Below are positions 50,404-61,048 of a DNA stretch of 64,000 nucleotides, in pieces (within the stretch, counting starts at the first letter, position 1; the number at the start of each line of letters is the position of its first letter). The notes beneath the pieces were generated by a model, which was given only the letters and a program-made list of their open reading frames with translations, did no database searches and had not been told where the DNA came from. Source of the stretch: an uncultured Verrucomicrobiota bacterium (GTDB lineage: Bacteria; Verrucomicrobiota; Verrucomicrobiia; Limisphaerales; CAZZJO01); the NCBI GenBank assembly GCA_964654645.1, contig CAZZJO010000007.1, forward strand, positions 33,706 to 97,705, written 5' to 3'. The position numbers and the translations under genes were made by a program.

Positions 50404-52158
50404 ATGTTAACGATGGAAGAAGCCCTAAAGCAAAGCGATAAACGCTTTGCACCAGGTGAAATTGTAAAGGGCAAAATTATCGAAGTAAGACCAAAAGAAG
50501 TCCTTGTCGATATAGGTTATAAAAGCGAAGGTGTCATCCCCATCACAGAGTTTGAAGATCCTTCCTCACTCAAACCCGGGGACGAAATAGACGTCATAAT
50601 CGAACAGCTGGAGAATAAGGACGGGATGGTGGTCCTTTCGCATGAAAAGGCCGCGTTTAGAAAAAATTGGGAACGTATTATCGCAATTTGTAATGAAGGC
50701 GGTAAAATCACTGGCAAAGTCAAAAGCGTAGTTAAAGGAGGATTGATAGTTAACATAGGCGTTGAAGCATTTGTCCCTGCTTCCCATATCGACCTAACCC
50801 CACCAAAAGACCTTCAACAATACGTTGGCAACACATACGAATTTAAGGTCGTTAAAGTCAACCAAGAACGCCAAAACGTTGTTTTGTCTCGGCGAGAGTT
50901 ACTTGAACAAGAACGCGCGGAACGCAAAGCAAAGCTTTTGGCAGAAATGATGCCGGGGGACATTAGAAAAGGCATCGTAAAAAACATCACTGAGTTTGGT
51001 GCATTTATTGACCTGAATGGCGTCGACGGGCTATTGCACATTACCGACATGAGCTGGGGTAGGATTAGGCATCCATCGGAAATGCTTAAAATTGGCCAGG
51101 AAATTGAAGTGGTCGTGTTGGATGTGAACCGTGAGAAAGAGCGCGTAAGCTTAGGACTTAAACAAAAGATGCCTAATCCATGGGATAATATTGAACAAAG
51201 ATACCCAGTGGGCTCTCGTGTACGAGGCAAAGTGGTAAGCGTGGTACCTTATGGAGCCTTTGTAGAACTTGAACCAGGCGTCGAAGGACTGGTACATGTA
51301 ACTGAGCTTTCTTGGACGAAACGGATCACCAAGGCATCCGACGTTCTAAAAGTAGGCCAAGAAATTGAAGCAATTGTATTAGAAGTAAACAAAGACGAGC
51401 AAAAAATTGCACTTGGAGTGCGTCAATTGCAACCCAATCCGTGGGATGAAGCCGATAAGAAATACAAACCTGGTACAAGGGTTAAAGGCAAAGTACGTAA
51501 TCTCACGAGCTACGGCGCGTTTGTTGAATTAGAAGATGGCCTCGACGGACTCATTCATGTGTCAGACATGTCTTGGACCCGCAAGATAAATCACCCATCA
51601 GAAGTCCTAAAGAAAGGCCAAGAGGTAGAAGCTGTTGTATTAGAAGTAGACAAGGCCAACCAACGTATTGCATTAGGGCTTAAACAACTCACACCAGACC
51701 CATGGGAGAACATCGATCAACTTTACAAAGTTGGTGACTTGGTGACTGGTAAAGTTACCAAGCTGGCTAGCTTCGGTGCTTTTGTGTCACTCGCTCATGG
51801 TATCGACGGGTTGGTCCACATCTCCCAAATTAGCGAAGAACGTGTAGACAAAGTTAAAAACGTACTCAAGGTGGGACAGGAGGTTACCGCCCGTGTGATC
51901 AAGATTGATAAGGCCGAAAGGCGAATAGGCCTTTCAATCAAGGCGGCCCAATACACGCCCGAGCGTCTGTTAGCAGAACAAAAATATCTCGATTCGCTCA
52001 AGCCGGGCGAAGACTTATTGGCTTTGCAACAAATTTTTGAGCAGGCTACATCAACCCAACAAACCAAAACTGCATCCACAGAAAAACCTGCTGAAAAATC
52101 TCAGCAGCAGGAAGCGAGCCCAGAGGAAAACGCTCAGACTCCAACTCAGCAACAATAA
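50404..52158 (+). CDS. rpsA: 30S ribosomal protein S1
   Basis: Six S1 (OB) repeats of the type G.V.G.V....FGAFV.L..G.DGL.H.S, plus a Gln/Glu/Thr-rich C-terminal tail. Confidence 0.95.
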   Translation: MLTMEEALKQSDKRFAPGEIVKGKIIEVRPKEVLVDIGYKSEGVIPITEFEDPSSLKPGDEIDVIIEQLENKDGMVVLSHEKAAFRKNWERIIAICNEGGKITGKVKSVVKGGLIVNIGVEAFVPASHIDLTPPKDLQQYVGNTYEFKVVKVNQERQNVVLSRRELLEQERAERKAKLLAEMMPGDIRKGIVKNITEFGAFIDLNGVDGLLHITDMSWGRIRHPSEMLKIGQEIEVVVLDVNREKERVSLGLKQKMPNPWDNIEQRYPVGSRVRGKVVSVVPYGAFVELEPGVEGLVHVTELSWTKRITKASDVLKVGQEIEAIVLEVNKDEQKIALGVRQLQPNPWDEADKKYKPGTRVKGKVRNLTSYGAFVELEDGLDGLIHVSDMSWTRKINHPSEVLKKGQEVEAVVLEVDKANQRIALGLKQLTPDPWENIDQLYKVGDLVTGKVTKLASFGAFVSLAHGIDGLVHISQISEERVDKVKNVLKVGQEVTARVIKIDKAERRIGLSIKAAQYTPERLLAEQKYLDSLKPGEDLLALQQIFEQATSTQQTKTASTEKPAEKSQQQEASPEENAQTPTQQQ

Positions 52159-52178
52159 CTGACACCCTTTAGGATTAG

Positions 52179-52216
52179 AACCCGCAGGGCGAGTCCTTTG
52201 CCCTGTGGGTTCATTT
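52179..52216 (+). terminator. Intrinsic terminator after rpsA
   Basis: 12-bp stem AACCCGCAGGGC (52179-52190) / GCCCTGTGGGTT (52200-52211) with one G-U pair and a 9-nt loop, followed by CATTTGCAT. Confidence 0.5.
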
Positions 52217-52285
52217 GCATCCTCGCAGAAGTACTTGAAAGGCGCGTTCTTAGCTGGTAAAAAATGTGAAAAATTCTAGGGGACA

Positions 52286-53602
52286 ATGCGCAAAATAAAA
52301 CTAGGCTTGCTTGGCGGCGGGACGGTGGGTAGCGGTGTCTATCATGCCCTGACCAAAAACAGTGCAATTTTTCAAAAACGGACTGGATGCACTCTACAGA
52401 TAGCTAAAATTGCAGTTAAGCAAATTCGGGAACCTCGACCATACCACATACCCGAAAACCTTCTCACTACAGATTGGAAAGAAGTCGTTCATAACCCAGA
52501 GGTGCAAATTGTTACCGAATTGGTAGGGGGCACAACTGTGGCAAGGGAAATGGTCTTAACTGCACTTGAACTAAGGAAGCCCGTCGTCACAGCCAACAAA
52601 GCACTTCTAGCTACTTACGGAGCTGAATTGTTTGAAGCTGCTGAAGAGTATAATACACCGATTTTTTTCGAGGCAAGCGTAGCCGGTGGAATTCCAATTA
52701 TAAAGGCAATCAGGGAAGGCTTCGTAATTAATCGGTTCAATGAGATTTATGGCATCGTCAATGGTACATGCAATTACATACTCACGCGAATGTCCCAAGA
52801 CGGACTCGAACTAGAAAACGCGTTAAAAATAGCCCAAAAATTAGGCTATGCAGAGGCGGATCCTGGTCTAGACATAAACGGAATAGATGCAATGCATAAA
52901 ATTTGCATCTTGGCTTCGTTAGCGGCAGGTGCTTGGGTCAACCCCAACCAAATACACGTAGAAGGCATCCAGACCGTCACACATAAAGACATCCAATACG
53001 CAAAGCGACTCGGCTACACAATTAAACTGCTTGCCGTTGCAAAGGCTGGGGATGAAAATGGACAACCTGCATACCAGGTCGCAGTATACCCAGCCCTTAT
53101 TCCACAAAACCATTTATTGGCCCACGTAAACGATGTTTACAACGCAGTGTGTGTAAACGGGGACATCGTAGGAAGTACCCTATTTTATGGACGAGGAGCA
53201 GGAAAAGACGCCACTGCCAGCGCGGTGATAAGCGACATTGCAGACGCCGCTAAATACGTTCTCACACCAGGCTTACCTTATCAAAACCCGTTTGGCATTC
53301 ACCAAAACGCACGAGTAATCCCCATCGGTAAAACCTGCTCAAAGTTTTATGTGCGGTTTACCGTCGAAGACAAACCCGGCGTGCTCGCTAAAATAGCCAA
53401 TATACTAGGGAACGCTGGGATTAGTATTTCTGCCGTTATTCAAGATCCCGACCAACCTCCGAAAGGCATTGTACCGGTGATACTGACAACGCACGACGCC
53501 CCTTATCAAGCCATGGTAACCGCATTGACAAAAATTGCAAAATTACCCGTGGTAAAAGCAAAACCAGTAATGTTTCGTATCGAGACGATAAGAAACGCTT
53601 AG
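52286..53602 (+). CDS. hom: Homoserine dehydrogenase with C-terminal ACT domain
   Basis: LGLLGGGTVGSGV, VTANKALLA, GIVNGTCNYILT, GYAEADP and the ACT region (FTVEDKPGVLAKIANILG). Confidence 0.9.
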   Translation: MRKIKLGLLGGGTVGSGVYHALTKNSAIFQKRTGCTLQIAKIAVKQIREPRPYHIPENLLTTDWKEVVHNPEVQIVTELVGGTTVAREMVLTALELRKPVVTANKALLATYGAELFEAAEEYNTPIFFEASVAGGIPIIKAIREGFVINRFNEIYGIVNGTCNYILTRMSQDGLELENALKIAQKLGYAEADPGLDINGIDAMHKICILASLAAGAWVNPNQIHVEGIQTVTHKDIQYAKRLGYTIKLLAVAKAGDENGQPAYQVAVYPALIPQNHLLAHVNDVYNAVCVNGDIVGSTLFYGRGAGKDATASAVISDIADAAKYVLTPGLPYQNPFGIHQNARVIPIGKTCSKFYVRFTVEDKPGVLAKIANILGNAGISISAVIQDPDQPPKGIVPVILTTHDAPYQAMVTALTKIAKLPVVKAKPVMFRIETIRNA

Positions 53603-53613
53603 TTTTAATCGTA

Positions 53614-55917
53614 TCACTTCTGCGGGACTGTATCCGAAGCCACGCCTACCACTATGTTACTCACATAAACTACCGGAGATGGACCTAAGAGTTCAAACCA
53701 ATCCCGCATTACTCGTATTGCTTCCTCAAGAACGATATCTCGCCCTGATGGTTTTTCCGATTCAGCTTCCTCTTGGTTCATTTCTAACTCCGCCGATAAT
53801 CGGCTAACCGAATTTGTTTCCCCTCCAACGCTTGGCGAAGGTTCATCAGTATCCAAGGTTAATTCCGACTCCTCTTCCACTGACACCACCCAATTGGTAA
53901 GTATAATGGACTTCTGTTGCTTGCGCATCTCTTCTCGTAGTTTGTTGCGGTGTTCCATTTCCTCCTTCTCTTTCAATCGTTGTGCTTCATTCAATAATAC
54001 CGTCCGATCTGCAAGACGTTTGCGCAAAAGCTCCATCTCTTCTTGGACAAATTTAAATTCAATATCATTAGCGACACGTGCTGCACTTCGTTGACGCAGC
54101 TCTTCCAAATATGGCGACACCAGGTTTAACTTTTGAAAATCAAGGGGCCTTATCATATCCCAAGCCAAAGCTCCATCTAGATATCGTTCCCCGATCTCAG
54201 CTACATCGTTAACCGAGGGTAATACAATGTCAGGCACTACACCCTTCAGTTGGGTAGAAAATCCACTTGGGCGATAAAATTTTCTGATGGTTAATTTCAA
54301 TGCACCAGGATCATTTGTGACGTCTTTCGAAACACTTTCTAAGAACGGTTTAAGTGGGATCAGTGACTGTACTGTACCTTTACCATGCGTGCTGGCATCG
54401 CCCACCAACACCGCCCGTTCGTAATCCTGCAGGGCACCAGCAACTATTTCCGACCCAGAAGCGCTAAACTTATCAACCAAGACAACCAATGGGCCAGCGT
54501 ACGCAACTGTCAGGTCCCGGTCCTGATACACAATCAGAGTCCCGTCAGAATCCCTCGCCGCTACTATTGGCCCACCTTTGATAAACAAACCTGTCACCTT
54601 AATAGCTTCGTCAAGCGATCCCCCTCCATTGTGTCGTAAATCCAGGATTAACCCACTTACCCCTTGTTTAGTTAACTTATCAATCAAAACTGCCACATCT
54701 GCAGAACAACTACGCCCATGTCCTCCATTAACGCCGCTTCCAAGTTCCACCTTACCGTAAAACGAAGGCACTTCGATCAGCCCAACTTTAAAAATGTTGG
54801 TACTCCCTTCAACCAACACTTCCAGCACTTTGCCTTTCGCAGCCCGATCTTTCAAACTTACCTCGTCTCTGATCAGATTTACCTCCCGCCTAACTGACAT
54901 GTCTGGGGCATCCACAGGAATAATTATCAACCGAACTTCCGTACCCTTCGGTCCTCGAATCAATTGAACTGCCTTCGATAAAGGCATATCTACGATATCC
55001 ACTGGGGGCTGATTACTCTGGGCCACTGCCACTATCCTATCCCCCACCTTTAATTTCCGACTTCGATGTGCCGGCCCGCCGGGAATAAGTTCCGTTATCT
55101 TACAGTAGCCGTCTTCCGACATTAAGGTGGCCCCTATTCCAGACAATGACAAATTCATGCTTATGGCGAAATTTTCCGCGGCGGATTTACCCATGTATGT
55201 GGAATGTGGATCGTAGACCCGGGCTAAAGATGCCAAATAGAACTCCAATATATTCTCCGAGTCCCACTCACGGAAAAGTCTAAACGTGCGTGCATACCGC
55301 CGCTTCAAAGTATCAATTATCTCAGTATGTTTCTTGCCCGCCAATTTTTCTTCCAAATACTCAGCTCGTACACGATCACGCCAAAGCTGTTGAGCCTCTG
55401 ATAAATCTTTTGGAAAAGGTGCGCCTTTGCGGTTAATTAACACCCGTTCTTCGGAATCAAACAAGAACTGCTCCCTTTCTAACAAATTTGTAACGTAACT
55501 AACATGCTGTTCTAAACGCCGCATAAACAATGAAAATATAACGTATGCGGGTGTAGTATCCCCCCTACGCAACAACAGCCGACACAAATTCGTCCTATAC
55601 CCCGATAGAGCCTCCAAATCCGATTGCAAAAAGTGGATCCGTTGGTAATCAAGGTCCGTGATGTACCTATCAAACCAATTTGTAGATACCGAGACATCCA
55701 GAGACCGCTGTAAATAATGGTGCCGTTCCAACAGTCGAGCTACCCAATATGCGATTGCTGAAGCCCCAGGCGGCGGGTTTAAAAGATAATTAGTTGTTAC
55801 CTTTCCTACGGGAAAAACAGTCTCAGTTTGGCTCCCTCCGATAACACCCAACCCTGAACATGATAAGATTACCAAACCCAACCATACTAAAACAGACTTG
55901 CGCACAAATTTCTTCAT
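53614..55917 (-). CDS. Carboxy-terminal processing (tail-specific, S41) protease
   Basis: Signal peptide, a PDZ domain (ITELIPGGPAHRSRKLKVGDRIVAV), LILDLRHNGGGSL, catalytic Ser (SASGSEIVAGALQD) and Lys (THGKGTVQ). ATG 55917 is preferred. Confidence 0.85.
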   Translation of the reverse strand: MKKFVRKSVLVWLGLVILSCSGLGVIGGSQTETVFPVGKVTTNYLLNPPPGASAIAYWVARLLERHHYLQRSLDVSVSTNWFDRYITDLDYQRIHFLQSDLEALSGYRTNLCRLLLRRGDTTPAYVIFSLFMRRLEQHVSYVTNLLEREQFLFDSEERVLINRKGAPFPKDLSEAQQLWRDRVRAEYLEEKLAGKKHTEIIDTLKRRYARTFRLFREWDSENILEFYLASLARVYDPHSTYMGKSAAENFAISMNLSLSGIGATLMSEDGYCKITELIPGGPAHRSRKLKVGDRIVAVAQSNQPPVDIVDMPLSKAVQLIRGPKGTEVRLIIIPVDAPDMSVRREVNLIRDEVSLKDRAAKGKVLEVLVEGSTNIFKVGLIEVPSFYGKVELGSGVNGGHGRSCSADVAVLIDKLTKQGVSGLILDLRHNGGGSLDEAIKVTGLFIKGGPIVAARDSDGTLIVYQDRDLTVAYAGPLVVLVDKFSASGSEIVAGALQDYERAVLVGDASTHGKGTVQSLIPLKPFLESVSKDVTNDPGALKLTIRKFYRPSGFSTQLKGVVPDIVLPSVNDVAEIGERYLDGALAWDMIRPLDFQKLNLVSPYLEELRQRSAARVANDIEFKFVQEEMELLRKRLADRTVLLNEAQRLKEKEEMEHRNKLREEMRKQQKSIILTNWVVSVEEESELTLDTDEPSPSVGGETNSVSRLSAELEMNQEEAESEKPSGRDIVLEEAIRVMRDWFELLGPSPVVYVSNIVVGVASDTVPQK

Positions 55918-56981
55918 ATTGCAACGAAAACCTAGCAACACACTGTCTTAATTTCACTATAAAAACTCGTCCAAAACCCCTAATTGGCAAACACGAAATA
56001 GCTTAAACTTTAACCGGCCGGCGCGGCATCCCACCACAAATAACTCTAACGCCCAATTGCCTTACCCTTATCCGGTTCATGTAAATAATACTAGCATACC
56101 AATATGCCAAACAGGCAGCTCCTTTGTCAAAGCTACCACAAACCAATAATTAGCACACTTATAAGTACGAGTTAAAAGCACTATCTAGCAAAGCAGGTGT
56201 CCATTTAATAACAAGCGCTTACATGAATAACCTTCCCGTCACCCGAAGCACCATGGTACCAAACAACTACCCCATAGTTGGCATAGGAAAAATTTTAACG
56301 GGAGCCCCAATGGAATCACTGGTTCTGGCACAAAACCTCTTCAATACCTAACAGATTTGAGCACGGCTCTCTAGCAATCAACCAACTTGTTTATGTACCA
56401 TTTTGCTCAGCTTTAATAGAGAACACTGCCTTTAAACGAAATCCGATCATTAACCACCATAACACCACAATAGTTTTTTGTCCCACGAGATAACGCAGGC
56501 GATAAATTATTTCTACTGTCAATGCAAACGGGTTAGATACCACAATCACGTGAGTTGCCAAAAGGATACTTCAACAAGGTCACGCGTCAGACATCAAAGC
56601 GGAATATACCGGGGCCTAATTAACCTACGCCCCCCCAGAAGTGAAGAAACGCATATCGGGTTCTTTCCAGAACCAATTTAAAAGCCAAACGCGGTCTCCA
56701 TTACCAGCCTGAATTAAAGATACCGCTACTCCCTTCTCCGCTTTTATTACACCTTAGGACCAATGGACTGCTCAACCAGACCAAATTCTTCATAATGATT
56801 TCGTGTAGAAAGATGATAGAATGTTAAAGATCTTTCACCATGATGCGTGCAATTTCTCCCCTGCAAGGCCAGTGGGAACCGCAATTTCCACCACCCTCCT
56901 CTTTGGTCAATACTCAACATGGTGCGACTATCTCAAAGTAAAATCACTTTTAAGAGTATGCGTTGCACGTTCAAAATTCAG

Positions 56982-59936
56982 CTATAGCCCACTGGCCCGG
57001 CTTAGAATGGGATTTCGGTCTCCCCAAACATTGTCAATTCTTGCAACGGGTGCGAAATATTTAGGACGATCTTTAAAGAAGCCCAAACACGCAGCAACAC
57101 GCCTGGAATATGAGTGGAACCATTCGTCCGAGATCAGTTCAAACCATGCATGTGGCGCATTTTTGAGCGGATTATCAGTATTATGAAATTCACCCAGCTG
57201 GATTTTCCTGATCTCATTATAAATAGACTCCATAACCGCACAAAACCTATCCAGCTCAGATTTAGGTTCTGACTCGGTGGGTTCGATCATCATACCACCA
57301 CTCACTGGCCATGCAATGGTAGGCGCATGATATCCATAGTCGATCATCCGCTTAGCAACATCTTCAACAGTTACTGGGCTCTTCTTTAAATCGATTATAC
57401 ATTCATGAGCTACGAAACCGTTCTGTCCCGTGAAGCTAATCGAGAAAAATTTACTTAGCTTTCTTGCTAAGTAATTTGCGTTGAGTATCGCAATTGGTCC
57501 AATTTGTGCGATCTGATTACCAAAGATCCGCAGATACGCCCATACCATTATGTACACAAGGGCGTTGCCCATGGGATATCCACTTACTGGGCCGGTCATT
57601 TCGAAGCCATTTGTCCTAGTACAATCAGGATAGATGGGCTGGTTCACTTGCGGATCCAGCAAATGGCGCGGCAGATATTTAGCGAGAAATTCTTTCACGC
57701 ACACTGGACCTGCCCCTGGTCCACCCCCACCATGGGGCGTACCAAAAGTCTTATGCACATTTATGTGACAAACATCGGCTCCTAAATCACCTGGGCGAGC
57801 TATTCCTAGCAAGGCATTTAAATTAGCGCCATCGAAGTACACTAACCCTCCTGACCTATGCACTATTTCCGAGATTTCCTTAATGGCAGGATCGAAAATT
57901 CCGTATGTTGAGGGGTATGTTAGCATAATGGCTGCAAGGTTATCACGACAACTAGTAATGATAGCGCGGAGCTCATCAAGGTCTATGTTTCCACATGCAT
58001 CACATTTAATTGGTACAACTTGAAAACCGGCTTTGGCTGCGCTGGCAGGATTGGTGCCATGCGCTGATTCGGGTATAACGCAGATTCGCCTATGTCCCTG
58101 ACCATTTGCTTGATGGTAGGCTTTAATCACCATTAGCCCCGTATACTCGCCATGAGCACCCGAGAGAGGACTAAAACACACACGGTCCATGCCAGTTATT
58201 TCGGCTAACCACTTCTCTAAATCTTTAAAAATTGCGGACCACCCCTCCGTTTGATTAGGAGGCGCAAACGGGTGGATATCTCGAAACTCACGCCAGGTAA
58301 ATGGGAGAACAGCCCCTGTAGGATTCAATTTCATCGTGCATGACCCCAAAGGGATCATGCCATGCTGAAGCCCTATATCTTTGGACGCCAATGAATGGAT
58401 GTACCTTACAATTAAAGTTTCTCCATTGTATCTCTGAAAGATCTCGTGTTTTAACGGCGGTGTACATCGGCGAAACGGCGACTCTGAAGATGCAACATTG
58501 TGAAAAGCAGGGGTATAATTCACCGGTCCACCATTTGACCACTCACCTACCACCTTTTTAAGAGTTATGAAAATCTCAAGCACCTTTTCCAAATCTTCTT
58601 CCGTTACAGTCTCATCTAAGGAGATACCAACTGCATCCTGGGCAACAAACCGTAAGTTTATGCCTTTGCCCCACCCAATTTTAAGTGCATTAAATGCAGA
58701 TCCTGAAGGGACAAGGCAAATGACCGTGTCGAAAAATGGTAGCAATGGAGACTCCACCTTTGTCGATCCCACCCAGGCATTGTGAATTCTGAATCCCATT
58801 TTAGTCAATTCCAAGGCCAGTCTTAAAGCCTGTTGATGAATTCTTTGTGCAATCCGGCGCAAACCATCAGGACCATGAAATATGGCATACATGGATGCGG
58901 CTATAGCCACCAAAGATTCTGCAGTGCATATATTACTTGTGGCTTTTTCGCGTCTTATGTGTTGCTCCCGAGTTTGTAACGCCAACCTATACGCAGGATT
59001 ACCAAATTTATCTTTGCTTAAACCCACTATTCTTCCTGGCATCTGCCGGAGAAACTCCTTTTTGGTGGCAAGAAATCCCGGTTGAGGTCCACCGAAACCT
59101 GGTGGAATCCCAAACCTCTGTGCAGATCCCACAACAATGTCTGCGCCAAATTCTCCGGGAGGTGTTATCAGTATTAAAGCCAAAGGGTCTATCAAAACAA
59201 CCACTAGCGCTCCCACCTCGTGAGCCCGTGTAACCAAATCTGACAAATCATATATAGCACCAAACGTGTCTGGGTATTGTACTAAAACGCCACAGCAATC
59301 TTCCGGCACTCTTCCATCGCGAACCAAATCAACAAACTGTAGTTCTATTCCAAGACCTCGCGCATGCGTGGCAAGTACTTGCAAAATGTGAGGGTGACAG
59401 TTGGGCGACGCAATAAAACGATTACGATCGGTATTAATCCGACGGCACATCATCATGGCCTCAGCGGCCGCCGTGCTTTCGTCTAACATTGATGCATTCG
59501 CCACATCCATGCACGTTAATTCCGCAACCATCGTTTGGAAGTTCATTAACGCTTCCAAACGTCCCTGCGCTATTTCCCCCTGATAAGGCGTGTAAGGTGT
59601 ATACCACGCTGGGTTTTCCAGAATATGCCGTTGGATCACCGCGGGGGTAACAGTGTTATGCACACCCAGACCAATTAACGATTTCGCTGGTTTGTTTAGC
59701 TTGGCCTTGCTTACTAATTCTTGCAACGTTAAATGCTCCGGCAGGGGAGTAGGAAGTTCCAAACTCGGTGTTGTACGAATGCCCTCGGGCACCACAGCAC
59801 CCACAAAATCATCGATTGACCCAAACCCTAAGTATTCGAGCATAGCCCGAACCTCCGTCTCATTGGGACCAATCAATTTGTGCCAATCTAAGGTCGGACT
59901 TTCTCCACCGGCTGTCTGTAAACAACTCAAATTCAT
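56982..59936 (-). CDS. gcvP: Glycine dehydrogenase (decarboxylating), single-chain P-protein
   Basis: 984 aa with fused N and C halves. The PLP-Lys region is CHINVHKTFGTPHGGGGPG, and the N-terminus has HKLIGPNETEVRAML. Confidence 0.95.
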   Translation of the reverse strand: MNLSCLQTAGGESPTLDWHKLIGPNETEVRAMLEYLGFGSIDDFVGAVVPEGIRTTPSLELPTPLPEHLTLQELVSKAKLNKPAKSLIGLGVHNTVTPAVIQRHILENPAWYTPYTPYQGEIAQGRLEALMNFQTMVAELTCMDVANASMLDESTAAAEAMMMCRRINTDRNRFIASPNCHPHILQVLATHARGLGIELQFVDLVRDGRVPEDCCGVLVQYPDTFGAIYDLSDLVTRAHEVGALVVVLIDPLALILITPPGEFGADIVVGSAQRFGIPPGFGGPQPGFLATKKEFLRQMPGRIVGLSKDKFGNPAYRLALQTREQHIRREKATSNICTAESLVAIAASMYAIFHGPDGLRRIAQRIHQQALRLALELTKMGFRIHNAWVGSTKVESPLLPFFDTVICLVPSGSAFNALKIGWGKGINLRFVAQDAVGISLDETVTEEDLEKVLEIFITLKKVVGEWSNGGPVNYTPAFHNVASSESPFRRCTPPLKHEIFQRYNGETLIVRYIHSLASKDIGLQHGMIPLGSCTMKLNPTGAVLPFTWREFRDIHPFAPPNQTEGWSAIFKDLEKWLAEITGMDRVCFSPLSGAHGEYTGLMVIKAYHQANGQGHRRICVIPESAHGTNPASAAKAGFQVVPIKCDACGNIDLDELRAIITSCRDNLAAIMLTYPSTYGIFDPAIKEISEIVHRSGGLVYFDGANLNALLGIARPGDLGADVCHINVHKTFGTPHGGGGPGAGPVCVKEFLAKYLPRHLLDPQVNQPIYPDCTRTNGFEMTGPVSGYPMGNALVYIMVWAYLRIFGNQIAQIGPIAILNANYLARKLSKFFSISFTGQNGFVAHECIIDLKKSPVTVEDVAKRMIDYGYHAPTIAWPVSGGMMIEPTESEPKSELDRFCAVMESIYNEIRKIQLGEFHNTDNPLKNAPHAWFELISDEWFHSYSRRVAACLGFFKDRPKYFAPVARIDNVWGDRNPILSRASGL

Positions 59937-59942
59937 AGGGTC

Positions 59943-59972
59943 AAATTAGAAGACAAAGCTTCTTTCAACCAA
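59943..59972 (-). promoter_or_regulatory. Candidate promoter of gcvP, possibly giving a leaderless or near-leaderless mRNA
   Basis: On the minus strand: TTGGTT, an 18-nt spacer, TAATTT, then 6 nt (GACCCT) and the ATG. No Shine-Dalgarno sequence is visible. Confidence 0.25.
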
Positions 59973-59990
59973 GCAATTTTAAAATACAAA

Positions 59991-60021
59991 TGCCGCCACT
60001 TGCTCCTCGCAAGTGGCGGCA
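59991..60021 (-). terminator. Intrinsic terminator after the SDR gene (A/T tracts on both sides, possibly bidirectional)
   Basis: Perfect 13-bp stem TGCCGCCACTTGC / GCAAGTGGCGGCA with a 5-nt loop. On the minus strand it is followed by TTTGTATTTTAAAATT. Confidence 0.7.
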
Positions 60022-60141
60022 TTTCTGGATCAAAACATGCGTCAACCTAGTATATCAACAACTGCCTACCTATTAGTGCCATTTATACTCATGTGGCTTT
60101 TAGTTCTATAGCTCCCGTGGATAAACGCCGCTTCCTTATCC

Positions 60142-61002
60142 TTACACTCCGCTGAAAGCTGAGAACCCACCATCTACTGGCACAACAACACCCGTAACAA
60201 ACCCTGAGGCATTGTCGTCTACCAACCACAACAGGGTGCCAATCAAATCTTCAGGTTTCCCAAACCTACCCATGGGAGTATGTGCTAAGATGGTCTGTCC
60301 ACGCGGCGTGAGTGAACCATCTGGGTTAGTTAAAAGAGCTTTATTTTGCTCGGTAATAAAAAACCCAGGTGCAATTGCATTTACACGGATACCTACCTTC
60401 GAAAAATGGACAGCAAGCCATTGAGTAAAATTACTTACGGCCGCCTTAGCTGCACTATACGCTGGAATTTTGGTAAGCGGCCGGAATGCATTCATGCTAG
60501 AAATATTTATAACTACTCCCTTGCCCTGGCGCGCCATGTCTTGTGTAAACACCTGTGTGGGCAAAAGAGTACCCATGAAGTTTAAACTAAAAACAAACTC
60601 GATCCCTTTTAAATCTAGATCATAGAATGTGATCGCCGCCTTTGTGGCTGGGTCGAGGTCCTCTTTCCGCAAATATTCAAGGCTAGTAGTGCCTTTCGGA
60701 TGGTTCCCGCCCGCGCCATTTATTAGGATATCTACCGGGCCTAACTCTTTTTTCACAATTTCATTAGCTGCCTTGAGCGACTCTAGGCTGAGAACGTCAC
60801 AGGCAATCCCGATTGCTGATCCTCCCGCCTTTCGAATCTCTTCTGCCACAGTTTCAGCTGCCTCTTTACGAAGGTCCACCACAGCAACCTTTGCCCCGCA
60901 TCCAGCAAGTGCAAGAGACATTGTGCTACAAAGCACGCCTCCGCCTCCGGTAACCAAGGCTGTCTTCCCTGCCAAGTCTACTTTAAAAGGTAGTTTTATC
61001 AT
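60142..61002 (-). CDS. SDR family oxidoreductase (short-chain mannonate/fructuronate-reductase-like)
   Basis: KTALVTGGGGVLC, NGAGGN and the catalytic YSAAKAAV (YxxxK). The tracked ORF extends to 61143; ATG 61002 gives a normal SDR N-terminus. Confidence 0.8.
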   Translation of the reverse strand: MIKLPFKVDLAGKTALVTGGGGVLCSTMSLALAGCGAKVAVVDLRKEAAETVAEEIRKAGGSAIGIACDVLSLESLKAANEIVKKELGPVDILINGAGGNHPKGTTSLEYLRKEDLDPATKAAITFYDLDLKGIEFVFSLNFMGTLLPTQVFTQDMARQGKGVVINISSMNAFRPLTKIPAYSAAKAAVSNFTQWLAVHFSKVGIRVNAIAPGFFITEQNKALLTNPDGSLTPRGQTILAHTPMGRFGKPEDLIGTLLWLVDDNASGFVTGVVVPVDGGFSAFSGV

Positions 61003-61048
61003 AAGCTTAGCTTTTTGTTTTTTATTATTTCCGTTTTTGGGCTTAAGT

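Noticed and set aside
59937-60141. Glycine riboswitch upstream of gcvP.
   Set aside because: Only 54 nt lie between the terminator hairpin and the start codon. No conserved glycine-aptamer-like sequence was recognisable.
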